This document shows, piece after piece, positions 60,901 to 64,000 of a stretch of DNA of 64,000 nucleotides. Each line of letters begins with the position of its first letter. The stretch's first letter is position 1. The notes beneath the pieces were generated by a model. The model ran no database searches. It worked only from the letters and a program-made list of their open reading frames with translations, and was not told where the DNA came from. The stretch comes from Amoebophrya sp. A120 (taxonomy: Eukaryota; Protista; Dinoflagellata): positions 2,484,281 through 2,548,280 of the forward strand of contig CAJINV010000013.1 of the NCBI GenBank assembly GCA_905178155.1, written 5' to 3'. Both the position numbers and the translations under genes were made by a program.

Positions 60901-63900
60901 GCCGTGCAAGAGATGCGGCGTTGTCGCGCGACAACGAAGAAGAAGTGGGGATCAGCCTACTGCTTCTCGAACTCTTTGGCTGGTGCCGAGCAGGTGCGAC
61001 TACATTCGAACTGGAGGTTGAAGATTGCGCAGCAGCTGCTCCGTCAATGGAGCTTGTTCCAGTTTTTTTTCTGTTACTGCGCGATGCCGTCGCGGTTCTT
61101 GCCCCACTCGGAGGTCTTGTAACACGTCCAGTTGTACCATTTCCATTAGATGCGTGATTCGCGGTACTAGCTGATGTTGCCGCGTTACTACAACCAGTTG
61201 GACCACCTGCTGCGTGCAGGTTCGTCATTTTTTTGTTCTTCTGCAGCACTTGCCGGAAGACTTTTTCCGGATTGGCGTTCGTCTCGAGGTCGGGGTGATA
61301 TAAGTCGTCGGAAGTTCTTGGTCCTATGGGCGAAACAGGATCGGTTGCTCGCTTTTCTTCTTGTGCAATGGTGGATTTTCTTTCGCGGATGCTGTCATGA
61401 TCTACTTCCGCTAACCCCCTTTTCTCACTCCGTGCGGGCGAAGAGAGATGAACCATTGCCAGCGATGGAGAAGGGCTGCGACTACTCTGTGCTTGCTCGT
61501 CTCTTTTGGTTCTTTGGCTTATTTTTCCGGCACCACTCCTCCGAGCAAACCCCGCCGCCTCGTCGGCCGCAAAGTCTAGATTTTTGATGATAAACGACTC
61601 CAACTTCCGCGTGTTTTTGTACCGCTTCCGCTCCGAGTTCGTGTGAAAGTTGCTGTCCGGGGACATGGCAGCCGGGGACGCGGAGAGAAGTAGATCGATC
61701 TCACCTGATGGGTTGTTAGAAAACTCAGCGTCATGATGTTGGTCCATGGTTGGACTGTCCGCGTCGATGTGTCCCATGAGGAGCTGTTGTTGGCGCTTCA
61801 TCTTCGCCTGCTGTTGCGCTTTGAGATTTTTACACTCACCGGAAGTTGTAGGTGAGGCTGCGTCACCGTCACCCGCTGAAATAGCTCTTGATATTTTTTC
61901 GGTTCTACTTCCGACTCCTCCTGGCGACGCCGAGCGTGACCTTGACCTGCCCCCGCTTCTTGTCAAGTCGGAGTTTGACACTTGACGCCCGCGGAGCCCG
62001 TTCCCCTTCAAGGTCTTCAAACTGGAGTTTTTGTTCCTTGATGCTGAAGAAGTTGCCAACACGTCGTCTTCCTCTCCTTGTCGTGCTCCACCGCCGTCGT
62101 TCGTAGTTTTTGGACTACTACTAGACACAGTTGCGATTCGAACACTGGTTGTGGACGATCTTTGAGCACCATCTAAACCACCACCATTTTTCACGGCGAC
62201 GCTGCCACCTCCCGCCGGTCCCCGCGGGCTCAACCGCACCCCGACCACGTTCCGCGACTGCTGCCGCGGACTCAAGCTGGTTGAGGAGCGGTACACGACA
62301 TGACTACTGCGGCTCGTCGTGGTAGTTCGGGGACTACTTATCAACATCGACACGGGTTTGATTCTCGCAGGCGCAAACTGCGGCGTGCTCAGCGGCACCC
62401 GGGGAGAGTTGATTGGTTTGGATTTGTCGTAGGGGTTGTGGGGATTGTACCCCATTGTCATGCCGGGCTTCATGGGCAACGGAATTTGTCGTGCGGAAAT
62501 ACACTCCCGCGCCAGGTCCTTCAGCTGGCCGGAATGCTTGATTTTTTCCAAATTCGCACTCAGAGTGGTGGGCACCAGATTGACGTCGGGCGTGTCCAAT
62601 TCCGTTTTGTTCGTGTACTGCAAGGGCTCTTTGCGGAGGATTCTGTTGATTTTTGCGTGAGTCATTTGGTTTTTTGTGCTGACTACGCTCATTCACGTCT
62701 TTAGTGATCTTGACAGACTGCGGCACTGAGCCGGCTGGGCCAGCATTGGTGAGAGGTTCATCTAGTACCTGGTAGAATGATGTATGACCTCACTTCATAT
62801 GATTATCATCATCATCATCATCTTCATCATGCAGCATGAACTTACTTGCGTTCATAAGAGAACTGTAACGACGAGTACAACATGTGAAGTGATTTTTCTA
62901 TTGACTTTTAAGTACTTTGGTTCCTGGTGTACGTCCACCCCTTCCGTCCGCGTCGCGTAGTGTTCTTTCCAAAGCTGGAACTCCGGCAGCTCGTTTTTCT
63001 TCGGTAAAATTTTCATCACCGTCTCCTCCGTGACCAGATCCTTGTCGAAAATGGTCAATTTCTTCGGCGGAATCTTGCTCGCGATCAAACTTTTGTTATT
63101 CCCATTGGTGGTGCTTGACGATGTCGATGCCTTGTTGCCAGTCCTTGTTGTGCTGAAAGGCAAATGCTTCGCGGCTTCCAGCGTGGGTAAATCCTCGGAA
63201 ACAACCGGGACTTCGCCTGTCAAATTGGGATAATAAACTCGTGAATTCTCGTCCTAGACAGACATTTTCGCTGCACCTCTCATGCAGAACATAAAGAGAG
63301 AAGGAAAACGCTCCAGAGATAGAGATCGTAGTGATCCAGGTCAACGATGCATGCGTTTGCTTGTCTGTGGGTCCTAGCACGCGTTTTGTCCCGCCTACTT
63401 CTTCCATTCGAGAAGGATCATCTGTTAGCACATCCTATTGTATTGTTTGAAGAAGACAAAACCATCCGAAAACTGTAGTGCATAAGTAGATACGCAGTCG
63501 CTCCACCAGCTCTAGATTTTCGTCTTTCAGTCTTCTCGCCTCTTCTTCCAGATCCAGCTCCTGCTGCTTTTTCCAGGCGTCGGATCCAACCGGGACCACG
63601 TCCTGGCTGAGCATCAGCCGTAACTGCCGGGCCTTGTCCTCCAAGGCTCTCCTGCTCTCCTTTGCCTCCACGCTCTCCAGCTTTTCTGCGATGTGCCGCT
63701 CCTGTTCCAGCAGTTCCGTCTTCTCTTGGCTGATTTTCAAGAGCTTGTTTTGCTCGTTCTGTTCCTTCTGGAAAATTCGCTCTTGGATTTGCTTCTTCTT
63801 GCCTTCCAATTTCTCGTTCTGCTCCCTTTCCGTTTTGAGCAGCAGCTCAATCTGCCGCAGCTCCTCGTTCAGTTTCTTCCTTGCCAGCTGCTCCACGTGC

Positions 63901-64000
63901 TGGGAATAGTTGTTTTCCAGCGATCTCTTCGCCCGCGCATAGTAGTCCTTCTTCAAAGAATGGTGCGCACTGGCCGCCGTGGTGGATCCTGCTCCTGTAG
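57903..64000 (-). CDS. Large coiled-coil plus S/P/R-rich low-complexity protein, 5' truncated by window edge
   Basis: Exons about 64000-63494, 63216-62906, ~62770-60697, 59434-57903; GT-AG intron 63217-63493; GC-AG intron 59435-60696. Frame near 62670-62770 unresolved. Confidence 0.7.
59434..60696. mobile_element. 1263-bp TIR element acting as a GC-AG intron
   Basis: GCTATGGAC...TATTCCG at the left end and inverse GCTATGAAC...TATTCCG at the right; flanked by a 32-35-bp exon direct repeat. Confidence 0.75.

Noticed and set aside
62660-62770. Programmed frameshift in the large minus-strand gene
   Set aside because: Explained equally well by an alternative AG acceptor or a homopolymer error; cannot be resolved without reads.

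Overview
Eukaryotic, intron-rich genomic DNA. The architecture (many introns bounded by inverted repeats and short direct repeats, with no GT-AG solution) matches what is described for the syndinian dinoflagellate parasite Amoebophrya; that assignment is inference. Recognisable host genes: STE24/CAAX protease, UPF3, a GTPBP1/2-type GTPase, an ABHD13-like hydrolase, an ankyrin exon, a zinc-finger protein, a membrane protein and a large coiled-coil/low-complexity protein. Three layers of mobile DNA are visible. (1) Introner-like TIR elements inside exons, including a TATC...GATA family with 5-bp target duplications, a shared GCATGACA box, and >1 kb elements sitting at junctions of duplicated exon segments. 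(2) A 2.7-kb satellite-filled TIR element with an 8-bp TSD. (3) A ~22-kb island (about 29.6-51.6 kb) carrying a hAT-like DDE transposase, a tyrosine recombinase, a ParB-like domain, a J-domain ORF, a ~230-bp palindrome and several minisatellites, located where the + strand gene block meets the - strand block. The first ~9 kb holds unknown genes plus a PD-(D/E)xK-like nuclease and may be another large insertion. All calls are by eye; exon boundaries are unverified by transcripts.
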